DNA from: Mobula hypostoma | Lineage: Eukaryota | Direction of reading: 5' to 3' | NCBI RefSeq assembly: GCF_963921235.1 | Contig: NC_086108.1 | Location: forward strand, 89,406,001 to 89,470,000 | Length of the DNA stretch: 64,000 nt | Shown here: positions 24,728 through 37,445 of the stretch, piece by piece | Position numbering within the stretch: the stretch's first letter is position 1 | How the letters are laid out: every line of letters starts with the position of its first letter | Program-made: the position numbers and the translations under genes | Notes under the pieces: generated by a model | What the model saw: only the letters and a program-made list of their open reading frames with translations | Told to the model about the DNA's origin: nothing | Databases searched by the model: none

Positions 24728-25589
24728 TTAGCTTCTAAACATGCCTCAACTTTCTGATTTGTCACCCTGCTGCTTTGTGTTCCATCCCACTGCCAGACTA
24801 GTTTCCCTTCCAACCCAAGCGCAATACGTCCCCCTTGGCAAGGCCACCTTTGCATCAGAAGTTATCCTGCAGCCACTGGGACATCCTGCCTTTTGCAGTG
24901 GATAGAACAAATGTTCTCGATGAAGTGGTACCCCAATCTTTATCGAGTCTCACTGACATGGAGGAGACAGCACCAGGAGCACCAGATTTAATAAATGACC
25001 TCAAAAGGCTCACTGAATCCCCATGTCCTGCATCAGATTCTCAGTTACTGATTCAGACATCATGAACCTCAAAACTGTAATAGTGAAATGCAATCGATAT
25101 AACCTGTATGTAGAATATGGAAGTTGCATATAAAAACATATTTACAATCAAGTTTAATTTCTGATGGTTTTAATTATTTTTCAACATTAACAGGGTTTTA
25201 TAAACGTAATCCTCAAACAGTACACATAGTTTAATAGCATAATATACTTGCTTTCTCTTTGGTAAAAATGGAATTGCCAAAATGGTTCTCAAAACTGAGC
25301 ATTGGGCTATGGTCTTCCAAGGGTAAGGAAAATTAAACTTCATTCAATCCTGATTCAGAGATGAAGTAAATGGCCTTCAGGATGGTGCCCTGTGAAGCAA
25401 TAGGATGGTTTACCAAACAAGGAAGAGACGTGCACAGACTCATTATTCTTAATCGACAAACATCCCAAAGAGCTTTATAGCCAGTGATGTGCAACCACCA
25501 ATATACTCCTATGTCAGCAAACTAGGTGAATGTTCCACCCCACATTATCAGTCCTGATCACCATAAAAGGACATGGTAGCACTAGAAGT

Positions 25590-26030
25590 AGTAGAGATCC
25601 ACCAAGCTCTTCTCTGGAATGGAGGATTTTAGTTACAAAGAGAGATGGAATAGCCTGGGTTTGTTCTCACTGGAGTGAAGGACCTGAGGTGGGACCTTAT
25701 AGGGATTCTTAAAATGATGAGGGGCATACACAGTGTAGGGCAATGTAAATCTAGAGGACCTAAGTTTAAAGCGAGAGGGAAGCTATTTGAAAAAGATTTG
25801 AGGGGCAGGTTTCTTACAAAGAGGATGGTGGGTATGTGGGACCAACTGCCAGAGGAGGGGGTAGAGGCAGATACAATCACAGCATTTAAAAAGCATGTGG
25901 GCAGATACATGGATAAGATGAAATAGAAGGATATGGGCCAAATGCAGAAAAATCTGATTACTGTAGATACCATTTCAGTCGGTATAGACGAGTTGGGCTG
26001 AATGGCCTGTTTGGATGCTGCACCACTCTG
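25590..26030 (+). mobile_element. Decayed CR1 3' fragment
   Basis: ORF 25675-25926 SRGPKFKARG..RMVGMWDQLP..FKKH. Confidence 0.75.
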
Positions 26031-26089
26031 TGAACCCGTGGCTCTAATGTAGTAACAAGAACATTATCTCTTTTGATGACAGAGGCTAA

Positions 26090-26312
26090 GAAATAAATAA
26101 TGGATGAAGAGCTGCCCCTGGCTTTATTCAAGCCGTTTAAATGATCATCCGTTAGTATGTTCATCTTGCGACGTTTAATATCGCATTTGATAAAAGACAC
26201 CTTTAACAATGTTCAGGAACATCAGCTCTGGATTTTTATGCTCAAGTGTCAGGTATAGGATTTAAACCCATAGCTTTCTGGCTCAGGTACAGAAACTGAG
26301 TCACAGATGACA
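26090..26312 (-). mobile_element. Ancient tRNA-derived SINE relic (SacSINE/Deu-like)
   Basis: Plus strand GATTTTTATGCTCAAGT..GGATTTAAACCCA..TTCTGGCTCAG..AACTGAGTCAC is the reverse complement of a tRNA-like head. Family assignment is from recollection of the consensus. Confidence 0.45.
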
Positions 26313-26623
26313 GGCTTTAACTGGATTGAGAACTGGAATGGTAAGGAGCCTTCTGATAATATTCTAAGTAGAACTGACTTAATCTATCTCAAACTTTCTA
26401 CACTATTCAATAGAAAAAAATTGTTGGAATGTATGAGAAAATACACCTGTATCCTTAACATTATTGATATAGCTCCATTCTAAATATAAACCTCCTTCTT
26501 TAAATGTATTCAATGTAGAGGGGTTATCCTTTGCCCTGTCTGTTGTTGTTGTCGCATGCACTCTTTGACTTATTACACCAAAAGCTAATAGTATATTTAC
26601 AAACAATTCACTTTTTTATTCAC

Positions 26624-26725
26624 CTGTAATAATCCAGCCATTCAATCAGACTTGATTCTAATAAAGCCTTTGCAGCGTTCAGAGAGTGAATGTAATGCTT
26701 ATGCATTATAACTGCTTCACTAGAA
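26624..26725 (-). CDS. Candidate 102-nt phase-2/phase-2 coding exon of an unidentified gene (SSEAVIMHKHYIHSLNAAKALLESSLIEWLDYYR)
   Basis: Flanked by CTGTTGTGCTATTTCAG| and |GTGAAT, stop-free, length divisible by 3, in unique DNA, with a paralogous copy at 28290-28392. Confidence 0.35.
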
Positions 26726-27838
26726 CTGAAATAGCACAACAGAGGCCCAGAATTGCAAGTACATACCAAGTTTGGAATTAAATGAAAATTAATGGTGCTT
26801 ATCTCCCTTTGATTTATGGGTATTCTGAACTGATATTAACAAACAAAGCAGCACAATTTTTTGTTGGAATTTGTGTATCTCTTTGTATTTCTTAATGGTG
26901 TTGCTTACACATGGTCTGGCAATTTGATAGTAAATTTCCCAGAAAGAAACTCACTGAAGTGTCTTCAGCTTTCCTCCTCCTGCCAAACTTAATTCTGATT
27001 TAGTGAGCTAAATCCGCTGAGATGGACGTAAATTCAGAATATAGATCCTAGCCCTGGTCTCCTGCCTCAAGGCCCAAACACAGACCCATCACAATCCATT
27101 TTGGAAAGAATTGGTGAAGCAGGCTGATTGTTGTCCATATATTTAGTTCTGCCAAGAAAACATGCAAAAGTTTAATTTGCAGCCAAAGAGCTAAGAAAAC
27201 CAGTAATGAAATGTTCAGGCCAAGGTAAGCTTACATGCAGAAAATCCTTTGGAAACAGGGGCCTTTGTTAAATCATTAAAACTGCAATTTTTCAGCATGT
27301 TCTTTCAATCCTGCAGTCCTTTCTTCACATGTAGAGCAATGAATCGTGGACATTAGGGGATATATCTGAATAATTGGAAACTGAATAAATTGGTTAGTTA
27401 CATCTGCATTATTCGACAGTAATCCAGTTGAGAGGATTGGGTTACAAACAATGAATGTGTACCCTAGGGGCCTCCTAAAAGCTGCTGGCAGACATAATTA
27501 TAAAATATTTACCTACTTAATCATCTTTCTCTCTGGTCTTCAGGAGTAGGGCAGCTCTCCAGTTACAATAATCATTGATTCATAGAATATGACAGTAGAG
27601 TAGGAGCACAGTTGTCCCATCATACGAATGGCAATGAACGTATTAGCTCAATTCCTTCACAGAGCACTGCATGTTTCTCCCCATGGAGCACTTAATCATC
27701 ATTTCAAAATTATTATTAAATCTGATTTTACCACCTTTTCAGGCTGTGAATTCCAGATCATCACATGTTGTGTATGAATATTTATCTTTCCAGTTCTTAA
27801 ACCTGTGTCTTCTGGTTACCAGTGCTCCTGACTTTCAC

Positions 27839-28021
27839 AAACAAGAGACAATCTGCAGATGCTGGAAATCCAAGCAACACACACAAAATGCTGGAGGAAC
27901 TCAGCAGACCAGACAGCATCTATGCAAAAGAGTGCAGTCGACGTTTCAGGCCAAGACGTCGACTGTACTCTTTTCCATAGATGCTGCCTGGCCTGTTGAG
28001 TTCCTCCATCATTTAGAGTGT
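27839..28021. mobile_element. Minimal hairpin-shaped Penelope-derived insertion
   Basis: ~70-bp inverted arms (27873-27944 and 27956-28025) of Penelope terminal sequence. Flanking direct repeat TGCTCCTGAC(T/A)TTCAC (27823-27838 and 28022-28037). Confidence 0.85.
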
Positions 28022-28289
28022 TGCTCCTGACATTCACTTACCTATCAACTCTTCAATTATTTTTATGACCTCTTAAATAACTCTCCCTTTTGCCTCCTCT
28101 AATTGAAGATCGTCACCAGTTTTTTTCATCTCTCTTAGTTCACTGTCAGAGTGCTAACCAATCAATCACTTCCGTAAGCATTGTCATATTGTACAACACC
28201 GAATATAAAATCTGAAATGAATGCAGAAAGTTCACAAAGAACTTAATGGTTCAGCCTGCTTCTGGAGTACAAGAAGGAAAGATTTTAAT

Positions 28290-28392
28290 CTGGAAGAATT
28301 CAGCCATTCTTTCAGACTTGATTCTAAAAAAAGCCTTTGCTGCAAACAGAGATTGAATGTGATGTTTATACATTAAAACTGCTTCACTAGAA
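28290..28392 (-). pseudogene. Degenerate duplicate of the 26624-26725 candidate exon
   Basis: Same acceptor context, +1 T in a T7 run (103 nt), and donor GT changed to AT. Confidence 0.4.
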
Positions 28393-28529
28393 CTGAAATA
28401 GCACAACAGAGGCCCAGCATTGCAAGTAATCACATATCAAGTTTGGAATTAAATGAAAATTAATGATGCTCATCACCTTTTGATTTGTATGCATTCTGAA
28501 ATAACATCAATAAATGCACGAACAATTTT

Positions 28530-31500
28530 TAGATTTAGATTGGGCAGAATTTGAGAGGTGTGTCCAGGAAGGATTCCTGATGCAATATGTAGATAGGCTG
28601 ACTAGAGCAGAGTGCAGACTGGACCTGGTACTAGGTAGTGAACTTGGTCATGTGTCAGGTCTCTCAGTGGGAGAGCATTTCAGAGACAATGATAAAGACT
28701 CGCTGACATTTACCATAGCCCAGGAGAGGGAGAGGAGCAGATGGTATGGGAGAGTACTTATTTGGGGATGGGGAATTATGATGCTATTAGTCAGGAACTT
28801 TGGAGTGTAAGTTAGAAAGAGATGTACTCAGAAATGCACAACAGAAATGTGGAGCCTGTTTAGGGAATGTTTGCATGGGGTTCTGGGTTGGCTTGTCTCA
28901 CTGAGGCAGGGTGAAGGAACCATGATTGACAAGAGATGTGAAACATCCAGTCTAGAGGAAAAAGGAAGTTTGTTTAAGATTTAGAAAACAAAGTTCAGAC
29001 AGGGCTCCAGAGAGTTACAAAGTAGCCAGGAAAGATCTTAAGAATGGATTTATGAGAGCAAGATGAAGACATGAGAAAACCTTAGTGAGTAGGATTAAGG
29101 GAAACACCAGGGTGTTTGACATGTATGTGAAGAACAGCAGGATGATTAGAGTGAGGATAGGACTAATCGGGGATAGAAAAGGACCTCGATGAATGTGAGG
29201 ATGGTGTAAAACAGACTAATATGTTAGATTATATCGATGTTAAGAAACAGAACGTGCTAGAACTTTTAAAAAAACATTAGGATAGATTAACCTGTAGGAC
29301 CTGACAGTATATGACTATGTTTACGAAGGAAGCAAGGGAAGAGATCACTGTGCCTTTGGCGATGATGTTTGTGGCCTCACTGGAAACCTGAGTATTACCA
29401 GATCATTGATGGATGGCAAATGTTACTCCTTTGTTCAAGAAAAAATAAATAAATAATGGATGGGGTACGAAGGGGAGGTGGGGCATTAACAGAAGTTAGA
29501 GAAGTCAATGTTCATGCCATCAGGTTGGAGGCTACCCAAGCGGAATATAAGGTGTTGTTCCTCCAACCTGAGTGTGGCTTCATCTTGACAGTAGAGGAGG
29601 CCGTGGATAAACATATCAGAATGGGAATGGGATGTGGAATTAAAATGTGTGGCCACTGGGAGATCCTGCTTTCTCTGGCGGACAGAGTGTAGGTGTTCAG
29701 CAAAATGGACTCCCAGACTGCGTTGGGTCTTGCCAATAAATAGAAGGCCGCATCGGGAGCAGCAGACGCAGTATATCATCCCAGCTGACTCACAGGTGAA
29801 GTGTTGCCTCACCTGGAAGGACTGTCTGGGGCCCTGAATGGTGGTGAGGGAGGAAGTGTAAAGGTATGTGTAGCACTTGTTCTACTTACAAAGATAAGTG
29901 CTGGGAGGGAGATCGGTGGGAAGGGATGGGGGGGACGAATGGACAAGGGAGTTGCGTAGGGAGTGATCCCTGTGGAAAGCAGAGAGGTGGGGGGAGGGAA
30001 AGATGTGTTTAGTGGTGGGATCCCGTTGGAGGTGGCGCAAGTTACGAAGAATTATATGTTGGACTCGGAGGCTGTTGAGGTGGTAGGTGAGGACAAGGGG
30101 AACCCTATTCCTAGTGGGGTGGCGGGAGGATGGGGTGAGAGCAGATGTGCGTGAAATGGGAGAGATGTGTTTGAGAGCAGAGTTGATGGTGGAGGAAGGG
30201 AAGACCCTTTCTTTAAAAAAGGAGGACATCTCCTTCGTCCTGAAATGAAAAGCCTCATCCTGAGAGCAGATGCGGCGGAGACTGAGGAATTGCGAGAAGG
30301 GGATGGCATTTTTGCAAGAGACAGGGTGAGAAGGAGAATAGTCCAGGTAGCTGTAGAGCCCGTAGGCTTATAGTAGACATCAGTGGATAAGCTGTCTCCA
30401 GAGATAGAGACAGAAAGATCAAGAAAGGGGAGGGAGGTGTCGGAAATGGACCAGGTAAACTTGAGAGCAAGGTGAAAATTGGAGGCAAAGTTAGTGAAGA
30501 CAACAAGCTCAGCATGTATGCAGGAAGCAGCGCCAATGCAGTCGTCAATGTAGTGAAGGAGAAGTGGGGGACAGATAGGCTTGGAACATGGATCATTCTA
30601 CAAAGCCAAAAAAATGGCAGGCATAGCTGGGACCCATACGAGTGCCTATTGCTACACCTTTAGTTTAGAGGAAGTGGGAGGAGCCAAAGGAGAAATTATT
30701 AAGAGTAAGGTCTAATTCTGCTAGACGGAGCAGAGTGGTGGTGGAAGGGAGCTGGTTAGGTCTGGAATCCAAAAAGAAGCGGAGAGCTTTGAGACCTTCC
30801 TGGTGGGGGATGGAAATATATAGGGACTGGACATCCATGGTGAAAATAAAGTGATGGGGACCAGGGAACTTAAAATCATCGAAAAACTTCAGAGCGTGAG
30901 AAGAGTCACGAACATAGATAGGAAGGGATTGAACAAGGGGGGATAAAACCGTGTCGAGGTACTATATGCAGAAATGAGTTCAGTGGGGCAGGAGCAAGCT
31001 GAGACAATGGGTCTACCTGGACAGGCAGGTTTGTGGATCTTGGGTAGGGGGTAGAAACGGGAAGTGCGGGGTGTGGGAACTATAATGTTGGTAGCAGTGG
31101 ATGGGAGATCCCTTGAGCGGATAAAGTTGGTGATGGTGTGGGAGACAATGGTCTGGTGCTCCTTAGTGGGGTCATGATCGAGGGGTAAATAAGAGGAGTT
31201 ATCCACGAGTTGTCGCTGTGCCTCGGCAAGGAAGAGGTCAGTACGCCAGACTACAACAGCACCCCACTTATCGGCGGGTTTTATAGTAAGGTTAGGATTA
31301 GTGTGGAGGGAGTGAAGAGCAGAGCATTCGGAAGGAGTGAATTTGGAATGGGAACAAGGTGTGGTGAAGTCAAGACGGTTGATGTCCCATCGGCAGTTAG
31401 CAATAAAGAGATCCAGAGCAGGCAGAAGACCAGAGCGGGGTGTCCATGAAGAGGAGGAGGGTTGAAGAAGGGAGAAGGGGTCATCGGTGGGGGTGGGAGA

Positions 31501-32985
31501 GTCGTTGCCGAAGTAGGCTCGGAGACGGAGACGGCGGAAGAAGAGTTCAGTGTCATGGCGAACACGGAACTCGCTGAGGTGTGGGCGAAGGGGGACAAAG
31601 GTGACGCCCTTACTGAGGACAGAGCGCTCTGCCTCAGAGAGTTGAAGGTCGGAGGGGATGGTAAAGGCCCGGCACAGAAGAGAAGTGGGATCAGGAGGGG
31701 GAGGGAGGCTGGTGGTGTCAGTGGAGAGGGGAGGGTTGGGGTGAGAGGAAGATAGAGCCTCTGAGGGCCCAGAAGCTGACGGTGGGATCTGAGGGAGACG
31801 GGATTGCAGAGTGGTGGTGGGGGAAGGGGAGATGGGAGTCACAATAGCAGCACATGAAGACCTGGCCTGGAGTTCAAGGCTGGAGTCGCAGTTGGTGGTT
31901 GCATAATTGCTTTGAAGGTGTCCATGGCCGTTGCTGGAATCCGGGTTTTGAATATGCCCTGGGTTGTTGGAGCCAGTGAGATCAATGGCAGAGGCCGCAA
32001 TCTGAAGTTCGTGCCTGCTAGCGTTGGGGCCAGTAGGCTCTGGGGTCTGCAGATGTAAGATTTTGCGATCCTTGCCTGATTTGGCCTGAAGCACAGTCTG
32101 ATTTGCAGATAACATGAAGTTTTGCCATGTTGTAGATAGTGTGGAAGTTTGTCAAGTGTTACCATGGGACATTGACAAGATGCAGAAGTGTCAGATTGAG
32201 TTCAACTTGAAAAAGTGTGAAGTCATTCACTTTTGCAGATCAAATTTGAACCCAGAATACATGGTTAATACAGGGTCTTTAGTAGTGCGGAGGAACAGAG
32301 AAAGCTTAGGGTGCATCTTAGATCCCTTAAAGATGCTTTGCTAGTTGATAGGGTTGTTAAGAAGTGTATGGTGTGTTGGGTTTCATTGATTCAAAAGCTG
32401 CAAGCTAATGTTGCAGCTCTGTAAAACCCCTGTTAGAATACACTTGGAATATTGTGTTCAGTTCTGGTCACTTCATCATCGATAGGATGTGGAAGTTTTA
32501 GAGAAGTTGCAGAGGAGATTTACCAGAATGCAGCTTGGATTAGAGAGCACGTTTTATGAGGGTAGGTTGAGCAAGCGAGGGCTTTTCCATTTGGAGGGCA
32601 GAAGGATAAGAGGTTGACTTAGTAAAGGTGTACAAGATGATAAAAGGAATAGATTGAGTGGGCAGCCAGATACTTTTTCTTACGGTAGGTAGGACTAGTA
32701 TGAATGTGTATAATTTTAAGGACAATTGGTGGAAAGTATAGGGGGAGATGTAAAGGTTTTTTTTACACAGGGAGTGGTGGGTGCATGGAACATGCTGCCG
32801 GGATGGTGGTAGAGGTAGATTACTTAGGGACATTTAAGAGTCTCTTCGATAGCCACATAATAGAAAACTGGAGGTCTATGGAGCAGGGAAGGGTCAGATT
32901 GATCTTAGAATAGGTTAAAAGTTTGGCACAACACTGTGGACTGAAGGGCCAGCACTGTACTGTAATGTTCTATATTCTATGTTCT
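28530..32985 (+). mobile_element. Old CR1 LINE (EN-RT), split by a Penelope insertion
   Basis: FLMQYVDRLTR..LDLVLG at 28514-28810; WMANVTPLFKK at ~29410; resumes at 32114 with KCEVIHF and HLEYCVQFWS; (TTCTATG)-type tail at ~32970. Confidence 0.85.
29446..32112 (-). mobile_element. Penelope-like element, near-complete RT + GIY-YIG endonuclease, frameshifted
   Basis: KPADKWGAVVVW, PKIHKPACPGRPIVS, FTMDVQSLY, GTRMGPSYA and YIDD motifs; GIY-YIG MIYCVCCSRCGLLFIGKT..RFAEH-like at 29486-29812. Confidence 0.93.
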
Positions 32986-33026
32986 GATCTTCTTGCTGCA
33001 ATTTCCAATCTCTTGACAGTTTTCAA

Positions 33027-33852
33027 TAGATAGATAGATATACTTTATTAATCCCGAGGGAAATTTGGTTTTGTTACTGCCGTACCAACCCAGAATAGAG
33101 CATAAATATAGCAATACAAAAAACCCCAACAATCAAACAACAAAATGCAAACCATGCCAGATGGAAAATAAGTCCAGGACCAGTCTATTGGCGCAGGGTG
33201 TCTGACCCTCCACGGGAGGAGCTGCACTTTCGATGGCCACAGGCAGGAACGACCTCCCCTGCCGCCAAGTGTTGTATCACGGTGGAAGGTGGCCAAAAGT
33301 CCAACAGTAAAAAGTTCAATATCTAGTCTGCAAACACGTTCTTCGATTGTAATATACCCCGGATTGCACCATCCGTTGTTAACCAGATCAGTAAGCACCC
33401 AACTCCTTCACACTTACCGCTCTCAGTGCACTTCCAGTCAGCCGGAACGGTATTACCCACTGAACTCCTCTTCTCCAAAAGACTCTGTTGTCTCAACCCG
33501 GTCCTCTTTCCTCAGCTTTGTGATCCCCCTCCGCATCCTCTGTGTGTTTTCCTCCAGATTTCAGCAGGGGAGTCCGCCGCTCTGTTCACTAAGCCAGCCT
33601 GTATTTGCTGGTCCATGGAATACACAATGCGACCTTGTTTCTGTCCCACGTGTCAGGATGTAACCATTTCCAGCGCTAAGGAAAACCCAAATAAAACTCT
33701 CTCTACCAGCATGTTAGAGAGGGTGCAGCTTCGACGTGTTACCATGAGAAAAAAAATACAAAAAAAACATAAATTAAAAAGTAAGAAGAAGAAAGTAAGA
33801 ATAGATTGGAACGGCTGTACCAGGCTGCATGCACGACCGGCGCATGCACACT
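33027..33852 (-). mobile_element. Short internally deleted Rex-type LINE (5' end + endonuclease start joined to the 3' tail)
   Basis: (GATA)n tail at 33027 and EN-like VNNGWCNPGYITIEERVCRLDIELFTVGL. No RT. Confidence 0.65.
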
Positions 33853-33879
33853 AAACAGTGACGTTGCTTATATAGTATA

Positions 33880-36247
33880 TGTCAGGAAATGTAGAGGGAT
33901 TTTGACCCAAAAGCAGAGCAGCAGAGATGGTTTAGTGGTGAGCAATGACATTAATAATAGACTGCAAAAATAACAAGCCACGAACGGCCACAAAACCAGA
34001 GAGAACTGATACTAATGACAGCAGACAACAAGGCACCTGAAGGCTCTGAGGAACTGGTTGAGGTTGAGGCTGGCTAGTTCATATTTGTAAACAAGGACTG
34101 TGGATGAGAGCTGGGTTTCAATAGGGTGCAGATGATGAATTGGAAGTGAGCAGCAGATGATTTTTGTTAGCCGGGTGGAGACCGGGATGTGCCTGCGTCT
34201 TCTGGCCTGACAGGACGCACCCCCTTATTGCTGGCACACAATGGCTCAGATGGCTCTGGTAGAAATCCTCAATGAGTGATGGATCCAAGTTAAAACTGGA
34301 CGGAGCCCAAAACCTCTCCTCTGGGCCGGTCCCTGCCCAGTCAACCAGGTACTGCATATCCTATGAATCCATTAACCAGTGAACCATGTACACTGAACCA
34401 TGGTTCTGGAGGTGCAGGCTCAGGGGGGTTGAATGTTCCATGGACAACGGGCTTGGGGCAGGACATCTGGAAGATAGGTATGATTTTGAGGGATAGTTGC
34501 AGCTGCGGATGTTAAGCGATTGAATTGGTGCAATTGGTAACTTTGAAGGAACCAATGACCTAGGGCAAGACCTTGCAGGAGTCAGTGTGCAGGAACATAT
34601 CTCAGCTGAACAGCCAGACATGGTCACCAAGGCAGCCTAGACTGGCTGGGTGCAGACAGTGGTTAGCCTGGTGACAGTAGGTACAGTTGGCAGCTAAGAT
34701 GGCTCTCTGTGTCCTCAGTCAAGCATTCCGGCAGCAGCAAGCCAGGGCCCTGGTGGATGGGACCTCCACCATTGGCTCCTCTGCTGGGAACAATGAGAAT
34801 TGGTAGCCATGAAGCACTTTGAAGGGTGACATACCCATGGCAGAGGAGATGTGCAGACTGAGGATCAGAGGCAATTAGGCATCACAGAAACTTCACCACT
34901 TGCCGTTTAGCTATTTCTGATGGCCCACTAGTCTGCAGATGATATCTTAAATTCACGGAGGTACAAAGAAATGAGAAGAAGCGGGAGATAAATAGTGAGC
35001 CCTGGTCCGACACAATGTCCTGGAGGATGCTGTGGAGGTGAACTACATGTGGAGAACCAGGTCTGCCATCTGAGTAGCTGATGGAAATTTGGGGAGAGCA
35101 AAGAGGTGGGCCTCATTGGAAAACCGGACCACCACTGTCATGATCATCATGGTCCTATCAGAAGGTGGCAAAGCCATGATTAAATCCATGGCAATGTGGA
35201 AGCATGGGTGGTGTTGAGGGGCCAGCTGGGGCCACAGAAGCCCAGGGGGCTGCCAGTTGGAGGAATTGGACTGAGTACATTGAGGGCAGACAACAAAATC
35301 TACAAAGGGTCATAGTGGGCCTCCTGAACAGATGATGCAGAAAATGCAAAATAAGCTGTAAGCCTGGATGGCTGGAGAGGGGTGAGGATTGGGCCCACTG
35401 GAGTGCCTCAGAGTGCATTTGAAGCATGGGTGACTGGCAACTCCATAGTAAGCACACAAGTTATTTCTCCACCAACGCCCACACGCTTGAGGGAGGGGGT
35501 TTAGGAAGCATTCCCTAACTGTATGGATTCTGGAGATGTCGATGATGAGGGTCCTGCAGCATGGAATGGTTCTGAAAATGGAGCTGGGGTTCTGGCTGAT
35601 GATGTGGATGGTCATTCCATCAGGCATTTGTCAATTTGGAAGGCCAGATTGATTAGGTTTTCGAGGTCAGTGGGTATCTCCCAGGTACACAGCTAATTTT
35701 TCAAGCACTCTAAGAGGCCATGATAGTAAAGGGCCAGCCCCATTCCAACTACACTTCCCTGCAATGGTCCTGAGTTCCACAGTGTAATGCAGCACAGAGC
35801 ATGAGATGTAATGCAACTGAAGTATCCAATCCTCTGCCCCCTTTCCACTTCCAAGACAGTTGAAAACCCAGTGCATCTCGGCAGTAAAATCTTCAATTTA
35901 GTTGCAAATGAGGGTTTAGTCATTGTCCGGATATGTAGAGGAATCTTGACCCAAAAGCAGAGCAGCAGAGATGATTTAGTGGTGAGTGATAATGTTAATA
36001 ATAGACTGCAAATTAACAATCCGTGAGGGGCCACAAAACAAGAGAGAACAGATACTAAACGCAACAGGCAACAAGGTAAATGAAAGCTGGTAACAACTAG
36101 TTGAGGCTGGCTGGTTTGTATGGGTGAACAAGGACTGTGGATGAGAGCTGGGTCTAAATAGGCTGCAGATGATGAATTGGAAACAATTAGCAGGAGATTT
36201 CTGTTAGCAGAGTGGATATGGGAGTTGCCTGCCATGCAGGCCTGACA
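33880..36247 (-). mobile_element. Gypsy (Sushi/chromovirus-like) LTR element, non-autonomous derivative
   Basis: LTRs 33880-34212 and 35924-36247 (TG..CA), perfect 5-bp TSD GTATA and PPT at ~34213-34225. Chromodomain [16 protein letters not shown]; decayed gag (YTVELRTIA..SWN) and integrase. Confidence 0.9.
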
Positions 36248-37194
36248 GTATACACGTGTTCATGTAGTTAATTTCCCTGAAAGAAACTCACTGAAATATC
36301 TTACACCAGTAGGGTAGAAGCTGCACTTGGGGCAACTTCAGTATCTTCTGCCTGATGGGAGAGGGGAGAAGAGAATATTTCCGGGATGGATGTGGTCTTT
36401 GATTATGCTGACTGATTTACTAAAGGAGCAAGAAGCATTTACAGAGCAGATTGAGGAGACACTGGTTTCCATGATATGCTGAGCTAAATCCACAGCTCTA
36501 TTAGCTTCTTGCAGTCACATGCAAAGCAGTTGCCATTCTAAGCTGTTATGCATCCAGATTGAATACTTTCAATGTTGTATCGATAAAAATTGGAAGTGGA
36601 GGCATTATTGAGCTTTCATGGCCATGACATCAACAAGGTCAGACCAGGTCAGACTATTGTTAATGCTCACTCTTAGAAACTTGAGTTTCTCAACCTCAAT
36701 ATCATTGATAGAGACAGATGCATGTATACCACCCCACTTTCTGAAGTTAATGACCAGCTCTTTTGCTTTGTTGATACTGAGAGAAAGGTTGTTGTGATGA
36801 CACCATGTCACCATGCTCTCGATCTCCTTCCTGTACTCTGACTCATCCTTATCTGAGATACAACCCATGACGATGGAGCTGGAGTTGAACCTGGCCATAC
36901 AGTCATGAGTGTATGGGGAGTAGAATGCTGCAGAAGCAATCTTGTGGAGCATCAGTGTTTAGAATAATTGTGGTGGATCTGTTTCTGCCTGTCATATAGA
37001 GTCTGCTCTGTTAGTCAAAAGGATCCAGTTGCAGAGGGAGACGTTAAATCCTAGAATTCAGAGTTTACTGATGAGTTTGCTTAAAGTAATAGTATTGAAG
37101 GCAGCAGAACTGTAGTCAATAAACAGTAGTTTGATGTAGGTAATTTACTGGCCAGATGCTCCAGAGATAGTGTCCATTGTAGGCCTCTTTCAGT

Positions 37195-37445
37195 TGGGCA
37201 CGTGGCCAAGTGGTTAAGGTGTTCGTCTAGTGATTTGAAGGTCACTAGTTCGAGCCTCAGCTGTGGCAGCGTGTTTGTGTCCTTGAGCAAGGCACTTAAC
37301 CACACATTGCTCTAGTGTCTGTGTGAGGAGTGGCGCCCCACACAGACTTCCAATCTGTGCCTTGTAAGGCATGAAAATGCCCGACACAGGCCTCTGATGG
37401 TCTGAGTCTACGTTCCTCCCCCACTCCACCCCTCCCCCCCTCCCT
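37195..37445 (+). mobile_element. tRNA-head CORE-type SINE
   Basis: GGGCACGTGGCCAAGTGGTTAAGG, GTTCGAGCC and CCTTGAGCAAGGCACTTAACC, with a C-rich tail and TTCAGT on both flanks. Confidence 0.8.

Noticed and set aside
26710..26750. Identical 41-nt core as a miRNA or snoRNA
   Set aside because: No convincing pre-miRNA hairpin or C/D or H/ACA box layout, and no match to families I recall.
27183..27224. 42-nt plus-strand microexon (TTGCAG|..CAAG|GTAAGC)
   Set aside because: Good donor but weak pyrimidine tract, too short to distinguish from chance, and no partner exons.
30889..32115. 408-aa ORF as a host protein
   Set aside because: It is the N-terminal part of the Penelope ORF, frameshifted before the RT catalytic motifs.
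37195..37270. tRNA gene (also 18405-18479)
   Set aside because: A/B boxes run into a CORE-like body and tail, so these are SINE heads without a complete cloverleaf.
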